From positions 95,615 to 159,614 of the forward strand of contig NW_005434642.1 of NCBI RefSeq assembly GCF_000315625.1: 64,000 nt of DNA, written 5' to 3'. Origin of the DNA: Guillardia theta CCMP2712 (taxonomy: Eukaryota; Protista; Cryptophyta). Shown here piece after piece: positions 13,372-25,591 of this stretch. The notes beneath the pieces are model-generated. The model did no database searches and was not told where the DNA came from. It saw nothing but the letters and a program-made list of their open reading frames with translations. The position numbers and the translations under genes were made by a program. How positions within the stretch are numbered: the first letter of the stretch is position 1; each line of letters starts with the position of its first letter.

Positions 13372-14544
13372 CGGGCTTCGAGTCAACCTCCTCCTCCTTC
13401 TTGAGAGGAGTGACCGCAAGGGTGATCCCCGCCATCGCAAGGCAGTCCGCGCACTTGCATCCTGCCTTCCTCATGCATGCAACGAGAGCAGGGGCATCAG
13501 GCTCGCTTAGTTTCTCCTCGGCATCGACTTGTTTCTTGCTGGTGGTAACTGAGGCGGCTTGCGGTGCATCAACATTGGCACGTTCTCCATCGGGTTGCTG
13601 TGACGGTTCGCCGAGAGGACTGCAAGGGTTTTCCTTTTGATTGCTTTGCAGGTTTGCCTGCTGGATTGCCCATTCAATCTCTTCCTCTGAGAATCCCATT
13701 TCAGTCATGGAGGCTCGCATCTCCTGGTTCTTTTCATGGCAGCTCTCTTGACAGTCTCCGTCTTTCGCGTCATCATCTGCAAGAATGTTGTCTTCCAGCC
13801 GTGTCATTCAAAACCAACGAGACTTTCAAGCTCACCGATCCGGTCGATGATCTGATCTGAAAGATCGTGGAAGGACTGGTTCCCAGCCGCATCCTTCTCT
13901 ACAGCCGGCTCGCTGGGCTTCTCATCTTTCCCGCTGTCGTCGGCTTGAATCTCAGACACAATCTCCTCCCACACTTGGTCTGGGAGCATGGGAGGCGGTC
14001 GTGAAGAAATCTTTGGAAGCTTCGGCTGCACAGCATCTGGCAGACAAGTGTGAGAGACAACAAGGGCAGGTGAAACTCTTGGACCTGCTTTTGAGTCCAC
14101 ATGATCTGGATTGAACTTGGGCAAAGACGACTCTTTCACCTTGCTCAAGGACGGCAGGGCAGGAGGATTTTCAACAAGGAAAGAGAGCCGGATAGCCTTG
14201 ACTTGAGCCTGGCAAGAAGCAGTCTCAACTAAACAAAAGACCAGGGGTAGATTAATTACTTGTTTCTGTTCCAAAGTCTGTTGGCAGTCCACCACTGCTT
14301 GCTTCTCCGTAGCGTCTCCCAACACAGGCAACGCTAAAGATCGCAAGACGCCACTGTCTCTGACCCGAAACATGACCTCGTCATCTCCTTCCTCAACAAA
14401 CTTGAAGTCCGTCCCAGATGTCCAGCACGTGTTCACAGGAGTCTCGGCACTCGCCATTGCCCGTCGGCAGAGCACTGGGGTCTCGACATTCGACAGATCT
14501 TTGAATGCGCCTCTCGACCTCTCTTCTTCCCCTGGAGAAGACAT
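8814..14544 (-). CDS. TACC-domain coiled-coil protein with a UBA-like motif and a tandem Cys4/acidic repeat
   Basis: C-terminus ELDLKVSENQQLTAICNELMTDLE matches the TACC C-terminal signature. GT-AG introns join ORFs 13804-14580, 10400-13807, 9904-10464 and downstream coiled-coil exons in frame. Confidence 0.75.
10632..13478 (-). repeat. Coding tandem repeat, about 7 units of 387-420 bp
   Basis: The same sub-ORF starts at 10763, 11159, 11549, 11942, 12362, 12749 and 13142. Each unit encodes CLRRAGCTCSDC, C(I/M)R(K/E)AGCKCADC and an acidic linker. Confidence 0.97.
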
Positions 14545-16228
14545 GTTTGTCTGCACGAACATCAGAGAAATATGAACCAAAATAGGAAATAATGAGCTCT
14601 CTGTAACGCAATTCTAACGAAATTATTGATTACAAAGAGCACAGTGGTATGGATAAGAGGGAGCAAAGGAAATACATACTTCACTTCACATACGCATCTT
14701 GATCAATGTGTGGCAAGCTGTGGCACATTTACAGCAGCATTGTGTGCAAGTTTTAGCAAACGGAAACCTAGAGGCACTCGATCTGCTATACATGAAACTA
14801 CGCTTCGAGCACATGATTGTTGTGAAAAAAATACTATACAAACGCAACAAAACAGAAAAGTACATATGCAGCTTCTGATGACATTCATTCATTGCTTTCG
14901 ACTCAATATCATCATCTTCACATCGAACTCAGTTCTACTTCTCTCTGTCTGTCATTCACACTTCTCGCTTGAGCTCCCTTCCTCCCTTCCCTCCCCTCCT
15001 GGCGAGGTTTGAAACGGAAAACAAATTCAAATCCTTAGCTACCACCACGCCTCTCAACGGACGATAACCGTAAGTAAGGTAGTACGGTCGACGGTTTTAG
15101 AGTCCGTTGACCGTGTGCCCGGTGACCGTCTGACAGCGGCAGTGCGGCCCGGCCACCGTCGGCGGCCCGCCGGTGGAAGTAGTACAGCACGGTTGTTGAG
15201 AGTCTAGGCTGGCCGGGCCGCGCGGAGCTCCGAGCCTGAGTCCGCCGCCGCCGCCGTCACCTGGCCGGCCGCCGTCCCGGCACTGCGGCAAGGCTCCACG
15301 GTGGGGCACGGAAGGCTTGCCAAGTCAGCGGTGTATCCGAGGCGGCCTCAGTGACCGTACCGTGGCAGTAATAGAATTGATGCCAGAGTAGGCAGGGGCC
15401 CTGAACCGACTCGGAGATGATCAGTGTACAAAATTGTCGTAGAGTCGGATCTTGAAAATGATCTTCATCATGTCTGGATGCTTCACATCCTTTTTGTGTG
15501 CATTGACTTGTGACGGACTCGGTCTTGAGCAAACTTGAACCTGTCACAGCTTGTTTGCACTACTTCAAGTTCAGTTTGGCATAGCACACTTTGAAGCCTT
15601 ACAAACTTGATCGGAAGTTTGAGTAGGATCATGAGTCAAATGGAACTACCAGGAGATCTGGCGGAAGCCTTGTTTTTTATGTCACGGAGCTTTTGAAAAC
15701 ATTCAAGGAGCTACTTCTGGATTGGCCCCCGTGAACTTGGCAGGCCGGGTGGCCCCAACATCTTCAAACTTTGAAATGCCTTGAAACGGATGACGGTTCA
15801 AGTCCGGTGGCAACATCGCGGCAGCAATCTCTGGTCACAAGTTCTTTACAGTACGGTTCCGTGGCAAATTTTATCTTTTGGTCTGCTCTCTTCATCAGTG
15901 TGCACACTGATGATCTAATACTGAGCCCTCAGGCCATGAAAATCAGGCTTCTTCAGCCTGTGAGAATGGACAATCCTTGAACCGTCACGGTTTCGAGGCG
16001 TCAGGCCAATTCTGGTCAGGCCGCCAATTCTGGAGCAAAAAACTGTCCGTGACTGGCTAAGTTACTTCCCCGTGGGGGGCCCCGGCGTCCGGTGGGCCCG
16101 GCCGCCGCAGCCACCGTGGCACGGTGCCACGGTGCCACGACGGTGCGGCCGCGGGGCCAGGCCGGCCGGGCCCGTGCTGCCACTGAGCCCGCCCCCAGTC
16201 GGGGAGCAAGTAGTGGGAGATACCAAAA

Positions 16229-19200
16229 ATGGTGAGGCAGGGGAGACTTTCGACGCAGGCGCTGCTGCAGGCGCTGCTGGGCTTGTACTCAGCGGCATAC
16301 TGCTGCCTGCTGGAGGGGAGCTTCACCAACGAGAGAGGAACGACGATCATCTCGAAGCAAGAGAGTAACTTCGTCGTCTCCTTTCTCAACGATGCTCAGG
16401 ACAAGGAGGGTTGGTTGGTAGCAACCGGCACCCTGAGCAAGAATGGAAGTCGATGGTGCACGTGCGGAGCAGGGGGCAGTTGCACGTCGAGCGAAGGACT
16501 TTGTAGGGAGCTGACGGTGACTTTCATCAGGGCGAACAAGTCCGTAGCGATGGTGCTCAATGGTACTGTCGAGCTGGACTGCCAGGGGGTAACATCATGG
16601 AGCAACGGGTACGGCGACTGGTGGAAGCCCGACCCGTCAATCAAAGAGCTGCACATTGTCTCTATGACACATCTTGACGTCGGATTCACAAACACAACTC
16701 ACAGCGTATGCGACATGTACTTTGAGAAGCATTTCCCTCAGGCCCTCGAAACCCATTACGAACTCAAGGCGCGAGGGGGTGCTGAAACCTACACATGGAC
16801 TGTCTTCCCGTGGCTTCTCTTGGAGTTCTTCGATGGTGCAGCTGGCTGTGCTCGACGCAGACGGACAGAGCAAGAGATGATGGAGATGAAGGTTGCAATC
16901 GAGAGTGGAGCGATCATCTGGCAAGCCAACGCCCTCAACTCCTTCATGGAGCTCTACGACGAGACTCTTCTTGACTACAGCCTCTCTCTGAGACATGAGC
17001 TGAACGCCATGTTTGCTGCCAAGTCAGGACTGCTCGCAGGCAAGCAGACTGACGTGCCTGGAATGAGCATAGCTGCCGTACCAGCCTTGCACAAGAAAGG
17101 TCAATGCCGTTGGGTTCGGTTCATGTGTGATGATCAACCCAGGCGTGCGAGCGTTTCACATCGGATACAACGGGGCCTGCAAGAAGCCCGAGGCTCTTCC
17201 TCCTCTCTTCAGGTCAGACGTCTTTGCTAGTCTCAAGTCCGTCAGACTTGCGTCAGGTGGCTGCACAAAGAGTCGGGCAAGGAGTTGCTCGTCATGGCCG
17301 AGGCCTCGTACGGTTGGCTGGTTAGGTTTCAAGATATCGCGCTCGGTCAGTCTTGTCTCAACTTTTTGTTCTTGGACTGACTTCTGATCGAAGTCTTCCA
17401 GTATGGATCCGACAACGGTTTACCCCCAAAGCCAGGGCAAGTTTTACAATTTTGGCGAACGATGCAGAATCGATTTCCACAGGCGAAGGTTTTTCACACG
17501 CTTTGAGGCGTTTACATGATATCACTGATGTCTTAAAAGTTGATATCAAGCAGCCTTGACGCCTTTGTCTCGCGTGTTATGAACAGCCCAGGTTACGCAA
17601 ACCTTCCCATCGTTGATAAGGACATTGGTAAGCAAATTGACCTGCTGGACTGCGATGGTCGGCAAAGTTTGACGCGTTGAGCAGGAGATTCGTGGCTGTA
17701 TGGTTCTCCTGCTGACCCCATCAGACTTGGTATCTTGTGCTATCTTCTCCTCTCGCCCTCATCATCTCTCCAGCTGCCTATCGCGAGGCCGTGCGATTCA
17801 TCAATGAAAAGATCGGTACTCCTCTCCTCCATTTTCAACTCTCTCCTGACCGACCAAAGGGAGCAAAACGATATCACCAAGGCATCATTCGGTTGGCCTT
17901 GAGAGAATTTGCACATGACTGAGCTGATCTGCGCACTAGCTCAGGCGATACATGAGGAGGTTGCTCAAGGTACCTGAGATCCCTCGTGCTCCTCGTGCTC
18001 CTCGTGCTCTTCGTGCTCCTCGTCCTCGTCCTCGTGCTCCTCGTCCTCCTCGTCCTCCTCCTGCTCCTCGTCCTCCTCCTGCTCCTCGTCCTCCTCGTCC
18101 TCCTCGTCCTCCTCGAGCCCTTCCGCGTTTGTTTCCTCCTCATCCTCCTCTTTCCCGTTTTTGTTTCTGTTCCTTTTGCGTAGACTTACCGACAACCAGG
18201 GACCTCCGGAACACAATTGGGGTCTCAGCATAAATGATGTAGAGATAGGACACGCCTGTACGGCAACGTGACAGCTGTCACAGTTCTTTCACGTCCTCAG
18301 AACCCCTGACGGGAACTGGAGCAACGAAGAGTTTCACCGGTTGCGGAGGTAGAACGTCTTGTTAGAATTAGTCTCTCCTTCCATTCACCATTTTTCCGAA
18401 CAGGGTGGACTCGCGCTATGCCATGCTCGAGATGGTCAGGGCCGGTTCAACAAGAGTCCCTCTCACAGTCAGTGCAGGAATGGGCAGATCAGAGGCTGTA
18501 CAACCACCCGCTTCCCACTCACAACAAAGGTAATTCCCTTTAGACTCTCTTAAAGGCCTTGGGCATGATGTTTGATGCAGGGACCTGGGGCCGTCTCGTG
18601 GAGGAGCTGGAGGGGAGGCTGAGGATGGTAGAAGGCGGGAAGGTCTGGTCCTCGGAGAGAGTCAGAGATCCTTCAAGGGGGAAGAAGAGGTGGAGAGCGA
18701 TGAACCGTGCAGAAATCTCAAAGATGCGCAAATGCGGAGAGTATCTCGTATGCTCACTTGGACCTCTCCTCTTCTCCAATCCTCATGCTTGTACTCAGGT
18801 TGCGTTCAACACGACTGATGGATCTCTTTCCTACCTGAGGAGGAGTGAGGTAGTCTTCACTCCATCTCGAAAATCCAACTGTCCCCAAACACCTTCAGGC
18901 TGGGGCGTTCCAGTGGGCCAAGTCGTTCGGAAGGATGAGGTAGATAGACAAGCTATGCAGTGACAAGAAGGCGCCGGGATGTTGAACATCTTGATCAGAT
19001 ATCGAACATATTCGGAGCAAGACTTCCTTCACTTCAACGAAGAGTACACCCCAGGTAATCGCCATTGCTCGCAGTCTATCTCCCAGCTCCTCATCATCCG
19101 GCTCAGGTTGCATTCCTTGCGATGACTTTGCCAAACTCGGCATGGAGGTCCGCAAGATTGACTTCAAGTCCTCCGGGAGGCTGACTCTTGTAGACTGCCC

Positions 19201-20471
19201 ATCCTGTCTCCCGTACTTGGGACTTCAGAGTTTCCTCTGCCGCTGCAAACATCATGAAAGGTATCCAATGCGCAGAATCTACATCGTTGTGGCGGCTCAA
19301 CTTTGACTCAAATGCGATTGAGTTCCTGCAGATTCTTGTGAGATTCGCTTCACTTTGTCATCCGAGGACGAAGCTCACAGCAAGTACAGAGAGGGAGGCA
19401 GGGAGAGGGAGGGAGGGAGGGAGGGAGGGAGGGAGGGAGGGAGGGAGGGAGGGAGGGAGGGAGGGAGGGAGGGAGGGAGGGAGGGAGCTCCATATAAGCG
19501 CATCTTGCATGTCGCCTCTCCCCGTCTCACACTTGATGTCGCAGGTACGGTGCGCCTGGGAGCATACACGTTTGCCTCTTGCTCGATCCTCCTTCATCTA
19601 CTCATCCATGACCGCAAGCTCTCCTACAACATCCCGGGACCAAACAAGACTGCAGTCAGTCTGCAAGTTTCTTGGACCAACAAGACAGCCACGTATCTTC
19701 CATCATCAGCCTCGTTCTCGATGACCAGCCTACAGGAGGCTCGCCGAATCCACTTGGATTTCCTTCGAACCAAACCATGAGACCAGCGCGACATGGCAGA
19801 TGCACACGCTTGGAAGGTGAGGTACGGACTAGCTCGGCGGCTGCGTGACGTTGACGAAGTTGGCTGTCGCCATATCGAGTGGTGGAGAACGGCACAAGGC
19901 ACGTCTTCTCCGTATGGTACCTCCTCCTTCTCCAACCTCAGCTTACGATCACGTCACTGAGTCTATCAAGGGACGGAGTTCGGCTGATCCAAGAGACTTC
20001 TCCTACCTTGCAGCCGACCAGACAGCAAGGTCTCCTCTCGTCCTCACAACCTCCTGTGCTCGACTAATCCTCAGCCAGCGGGGGGCTCGGAACCTTCTTC
20101 TCCCTCCTCGTCCTCTCCCTCCTCTCCCTCTCCGTTCTCGCCCTCCTCCTCCTCCTCCTCCTCCTCCTCCTCCTCCTCCTCCTCCTCCTCCTCTCCCCCC
20201 GCCTCCCATTTCCTCATTCAGGCTTTGGATTCGCCACTGTTATCCTTCACAGACATCGATCACCTCATCTGGTGCAGCCCCCTCCCCCTCCTTCCCTCCT
20301 CTACCTTTGACTGCTCACCTCAGGTACGATGGAGGTTCTTCTCCTCCGCTGCCGTCGGACCCAGCAGGAGGGCTTCACTTCAACCTGCACAACAACCTCT
20401 GGGGAACTGCCTTCCCTCAGTGGTTCTCCGACGACGCAGCCTTCCGCTTCTTCATCTCGCTTCCCCCTTGA
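16229..20471 (+). CDS. Secreted DUF5054 / GH38-like glycoside hydrolase
   Basis: Signal peptide; LHIVSMTHLDVGFT, YTWTVFPWLL, QTDVPG, FHIGYNGAC, IGDSWLYG; C-terminal GLHFNLHNNLWGTAFPQWF...FRF. Many introns. Confidence 0.8.
17985..18118. repeat. Intronic (CTCCTCGT)-type low-complexity repeat
   Basis: Degenerate ctcctcgtc/ctcctcgtg run inside an intron of the hydrolase gene. Confidence 0.85.
19402..19487. repeat. Intronic (GGGA)n microsatellite
   Basis: Uninterrupted gggaggga run. Confidence 0.95.
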
Positions 20472-20901
20472 CTCGGGGGGGGCACTGGCACACGGACAGT
20501 GACGAGACGATCCGATTCTGGCATGTTTGTAAAAGTTAAGATGCCGGATGGAGCCAATTTGAAGTGTACAGTACCGTACCGTTCATGGGGCCTTTACTCA
20601 CGAGGACAAGTCGAGTCGGATGATCGGGAGAGTACAGAGTCACTGCCAGTGCGATCATAGGCCGTGAGCTGACTCTGTCACCGTCTGCCAGCTGGGCCGG
20701 GCCCCGGCCGCCAGCGGCGCTAGGGGATCCCCGGGTCCCCGCGGCCCGATGCACTCCGACTCGCGGCCCGGCCGGGCCCGGCGGGCGGCTCAACTGACTA
20801 TGTGGGATCACCGACGGTGGTCAGTGAGCTCGCCTCAGCTATCAAAAGAATGAAATGTGAAAGTGAAACGGTAGCGAGCGGGAAGAGTGAGGGATGCATC
20901 G

Positions 20902-21097
20902 AGGGAGGGAGGGAGGGAGGGAGGTAGAGGGATAGATAGAGGTAGAGGTAGAGGTAGAGGTAGAGGTAGAGGTAGAGGTAGAGGTAGAGGTAGAGGTAGA
21001 GGTAGAGGTAGAGGTAGAGGAGAGGTCGAGGTAGAGGTAGAGGTCGAGGTCGAGGTAGAGGTCGAGGTAGAGGTAGAGGTAGAGGTAGAGGTAGAGA
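20902..21097. repeat. (GGGA)n followed by (GGTAGA)n microsatellite
   Basis: Tandem ggtaga hexamers with occasional ggtcga variants. Confidence 0.95.
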
Positions 21098-21251
21098 TGT
21101 TGCAAAGCAGAGAAATCAAAATCAGAGGTCCAAGAAGCCTAAACCCCTCTCATTTCATGATATTCTTTTTCTAACCTCTTGCTTCCGGCAGTCTGATTTC
21201 AAGTGTGCACGGTTGCCAAGCATCGCTTTATGAGTATTGTTGAGGAGCTCC

Positions 21252-23215
21252 ATGAAGTGTAAGGATCCGAACTGGACCGAAAAGGTCCCCCTCCTGCTTC
21301 TCCCACAGGCGAATCAGATCAGAAGCAGTTTGAACCTCTCGTTGGATAGATCCTGCAACCAAGATCTCGAGGCTCATGTCCAAGGTGCTGATCAGGGGAG
21401 GAATGAAATTCTGAGTCAGTGTGATGTTCCAGATCGATGTGACCTGTGCAACCTGGAAACCCGGTGTCGCTCCACCACGAGCAGCGTAGTTGATGTTATT
21501 GACACAAGACCAGCTCCAATGGCGCGCAGGTCTTGCATGGGTAAATCTAGCTCTGAATAATCTGCAGACGTTGACCTTGCGTTTATACTCTGTCTTGCAT
21601 CAACAGGTAGGTTTCGATGTCTTCGACTTGTCTTTCTCTGTTGGAGTCGAAGTTCTCTGAAGGTGCCTTGTCGACCGCGATGGATTCCAAAGGGCTGATC
21701 TCTTTCGCTCAGAGGAAAGCATTACAATACAAAGCAAGTGCTAAAACATTGAGCAAGCAGCTTCGGCATGCGTCCGAAGACGTCATGAGAAAGAACACGG
21801 TAACGAGTGCTGCCTCTGGTTTGTGTTCCTAATGTTCAATTCAGATCATACATGGAGAACGTGTCCGCTTTCAAGAGACGATTGTACGTCCAATGGATCT
21901 TTCAACACATTGCAGGTAGTGAAATCATGTGGCAGGCGAGGTTGGAAGCTTCTGTTCAAGACTCGTCAAAGCGACTGTGTCGGGAGGTTACCCTTGAGGT
22001 GCTTTACCTCCAATTCTCATGCCTGAGCTCTCAGGCGCGAGATTTAGGAAAAGAGCTTCTGGTGATCAAACAGGAGATCGTATCCACGATCAGCCATGAT
22101 GAGCAATTACATTCGTCCCATTCTGATCTCAAGGTGATCAGATCCGCGCAGAGTTTGTATCTTTTGGTCCATAGTTGACTCAGTTTTTGCAGATCAAATA
22201 TGCAGAACTGCTGGAAGAGTCGAAATCATCTCAAAAGCAGATACAAAACTTGAAGAACATGAACGTAAACCTCGAACACTGTAAGAGAGTACGCGTTGAT
22301 ACACTCACTTGGAATGCAGAGCGACCTTTGGAGGGAATCGGAGAGCTATTATCTCAAACAGAAGGTTTCCATTCATGCATGCGTATTTGGGATGTATTGA
22401 AGGCACCTTTCCCTTCAGGCTCATATTGCTCAGCAAGATTCACAGATATCGCAATTGCAAGAGGAAATGGTCTGTTGTCTGCCATTTCGTTTGTCCTGAT
22501 CTGACGTGCGGAACAAACAGCAAGAAATGCAGAGAAGAGAAGCAAAGTTGAAGAAGAAGCTCGACAAAGGAAGGATGATGGAGCTTCGCCGCTTACAGAA
22601 GCTCGCCTTGCTGGAGGTCAGCTCACTGACCTAGGATTCCTCATGCTGTCTCATCCATCTCACCACTATCGCATGCAGGAGGTCGGAACCACTCTGCTCA
22701 AGACTTGCATAGGGAGCGAGCATAACCCGGTCTGTACCATCGTTCCGGAGGGCCCAGGAGCAGAAGACTCGCTCAACTTCAGGATCGACAAGCTGGTAAA
22801 CGCGGCACCTGCTCCAACATCCCCACCTAAAGTGTCAACAGGTGGCGTTAGCTTGTGCTCAGCTGGATATGCTTGTCGACAGGGATCAAAGGAAAGAAGG
22901 TACCTAAGCCTCCGAGCTTGTACAAACCGTACCATCCCTGGGATCCACCGCGAGACAGGAATCGCACTTCTTGTCGCCTCCAGCAACACCTCTGCACCCG
23001 CTGCTCGGCTCATGACAGTGTCACAGCGGCTTGATAGGCCTGAGCTGCGCACTGCTGACCTGCAAGCCCAAGTGCAGCCACTGGCCGCAGCCGCGCACGC
23101 GACCGCTGCCACCGAGGCAGGTCGCACCACGGCCGCAAGTAGAGTCAGGCCGCGCAGTCAGAAATCGTCGAAAAGTAGTACAAAGTCAAATGTGAATTAT
23201 GATTTAAACGGATGA
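21252..23215 (+). CDS. Hypothetical multi-exon coiled-coil protein; ends approximate
   Basis: Short exons bounded by GT-AG with heptad-like text (KALQYKASAKTLSKQLRH, IKYAELLEESKSSQKQIQNLK). No family recognised. Confidence 0.45.
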
Positions 23216-23274
23216 TGTGAGTGAAATTAATTAAATTGAATAGGATCTTTTCAAGTTTTTCTGACTTCTGTCTG

Positions 23275-23410
23275 ACGACTGTCACGAGAACGCGTTGGCC
23301 ATAACAAGACACAAGGAACACAGCACAAGACGAGGACGAGGACAAGCACGAGGTAAAATGAAGTAGGAAACCGCGTCACTTCATAGTGTCCTATTGACCA
23401 GTACAAATAC
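23275..23410 (+). repeat. Left copy of a degenerate direct repeat flanking the transposase relic
   Basis: Shares acgactgtcacgag, an identical 26-mer cagcacaagacgaggacgaggacaag (23321-23346) and gaccagt..caaata with 25592-25806. Confidence 0.85.
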
Positions 23411-23559
23411 TTACAGTCTAGAAGAACATCACTCGCTCCCTGTTCTAACCAACCTCAAACTTCTTGGTGTTACCAAGCCAGAAACATAAACCCCATTCTC
23501 AAACAAGAACGAACACCTAGATCAGGCAGCTGTCTCGGTATCTTCAAATAGAGTTTTGT

Positions 23560-25460
23560 AGAAAAAATAGAAATCAATCAAGTTCACTCTTGAAAAGTCT
23601 GTTTCCCTAAGCTGGAGATACTCTCTTTCATGCACCGGCGTCCTGCTGCCATACCGCAAATACCAAACGGTCGCTTGTGCGGATCGTTTTCGCTGCATTG
23701 GTCACAACAATAGGGTTCTGCGACCCTGGCCATGCAAATCTCTGCAGATCCTGCATCTAACTCGTGTCAATTTCCTGGTCCCATCACCTGGATGCATGGG
23801 AAGGTGCTTTCTCTCACAAAATTCGCTCACCAGTATCATGTCATGCGCTGCCTCCGACAATTGCGAGTCCTGCGAGTTTGAATCGAATGAAGAAGATTGT
23901 CAACCCCGAGCACTTCGATGCTTGTTTCTCCTCATTGCTTCACCTTCGTATTTATTTTGTACCAATTGCAAAGCAAGCACGTTAATGAACTCGCTATGCT
24001 CAACAAAAGATTCTGAATCGCCAATCTGCAGTTCCAATAGAGTTTTCCATCCCCATATCAACCTGCCCGGGGTGATTGTGAACATCGATGGTCGAAGTTG
24101 CATCGAAATATTACTTCACCATCTTCGTTCTAGGCCCAGAAAAGTTGAAGTGTTCGGTCTGGTTGGTCTGTGCATTGATCATCCATCCATCTCTCACGTG
24201 TCCAACGGTTTCACGTGTTGAATTCCAAGTAGAAATCAAAAGCTTTCGTGGTGCACCAACCCCGCCACCTTCATTCCAGGCACGTCCGTACACCCTTTTT
24301 TCTCCATTGATCTGCACACTGAGCCTGACAATCTGAGTCAAGCCCTTAGATCATTGCTGTGCCATCCTAACGTGCTCAGGTACTGTATATGTCCTTCGTT
24401 GAGATAATTGTGTGCCAACCTGAGCACCTCAGCTGTGTGCCTTTGCATACCTGTCCGAGAAAGGAAGGTCTTGCATCCGATCTTCACCTTCTTGAACGTC
24501 CAAGACATCTCGATCCCAAAAGTGCATTCAGCGATGTTCTTGTATTCTGTGCCCACCCCGACGGGCTTTCCTTGCATTTCCCGTCAGCTGAAGGATACTC
24601 TGGGCAGTATTCTACCGATCTCTGGGCAGTATTCTACCGATCAAAATCATTCAGAACACAAATCACAGCCATATCCCAATCTTACTTGTATGTGAGGACG
24701 CCATTCCGACATACTCTCACTAATCATCAATTCACTTCCTGCGTTGATTGTCTGCAACCTGTTTTTATTGAAAGCTTCAACACGAGAACGAATCATGTCA
24801 AATCTGTTCTGAGGGACTGCCTGCCGATGATGGCCAGAACCTGAGATATCTATCCATGTTTCATACCGGGTGTGGCTGATTCAAAACCTGGTCTCGACTT
24901 CCGACGAGGTGGAACAAAGCCATGGCGATTGCGACCCCACATGTACCTCATCCGGCCTTTTGGTTGCCACGTGCTACCGTAAAGAAGACCTATCAACTGA
25001 ACCCATTCGTGCACCGTGATGGGTTGCATGTCTTGGGGCAAATCGTCGTCGGTCCAGAGCAAAGCAGCTGCTATGACTTCTGTTGGTCCCATAGAAAAAC
25101 TCCCATGGAAGAAGGGATTGCCCGCATTCAATCTCAGGCTTCCACTCTAAAACTTTGACACACACTGTATAGAGGAGGAATCTGAATTCAATTTATTGTC
25201 ATCCCGCTCTTCAACGAGATTCTCATTATCTCCGGCCTTTTGCCACATCTTTTGCATCTTTTGTTCATTTTGTAGGATTAGACCTCCCAACAAGAACTGT
25301 AAACAGACTGCAGCGCCTGTATTGCATGTTTGCAATGACCCAACACCGTGCTTGTCACGTATATCTCCTGCCCTATCTTGAAGACTGTTCGGTTCCTGCA
25401 GAGCGAGTTTCAGCATTGGAACCCCCCCGTTGATCCCTGCTTCCAGTTGAAGCCATGGCG
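23560..25460 (-). mobile_element. Decayed piggyBac-like (DDE_Tnp_1_7 type) transposase pseudogene
   Basis: Intronless fragments broken by stops and frameshifts: ESMSEWRP, KPVGVGTEYKNIAEC, YFDATSTIDVHNH, TADWRFRIF and a Cys-rich tail YCCDQCSEND...FGICG...RRCM. Internal 22-bp duplication at 24598-24641. Confidence 0.75.
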
Positions 25461-25591
25461 AAGTACGAGCTATGTAGAGCTATGGGTTTATTGACTGAAA
25501 TGAGTTTATGTCACGGCCCTCACTGTCACCAAAAGCTTTTAACTGCAGCGTGCGGGGGGTGGGGTGGTGGTACCGATACGTAGATACATTT

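Noticed and set aside
10632-13478. Repeat array as a CRISPR-like or non-coding array
   Set aside because: Units are ~390 bp, in frame and coding, with no unique spacers, in a eukaryotic context.
10569-13640. 1023-aa plus-strand ORF
   Set aside because: Antisense shadow of the Glu/Ala-rich repeat exon; Ser/Ala low complexity with no independent support.
15420-16000. Possible gene or transposon relic between two CCGG islands
   Set aside because: Only short frames, no recognisable motif or terminal repeats.
17965-18231. Acidic E/D/H ORF and its Leu/Val and Pro/Arg counterparts
   Set aside because: Translations of an intronic simple repeat.
20835-21174. RG/EV/ST/PL dipeptide ORFs; telomere-like repeat
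   Set aside because: Products of a (GGTAGA)n microsatellite at an internal position with genes on both sides.
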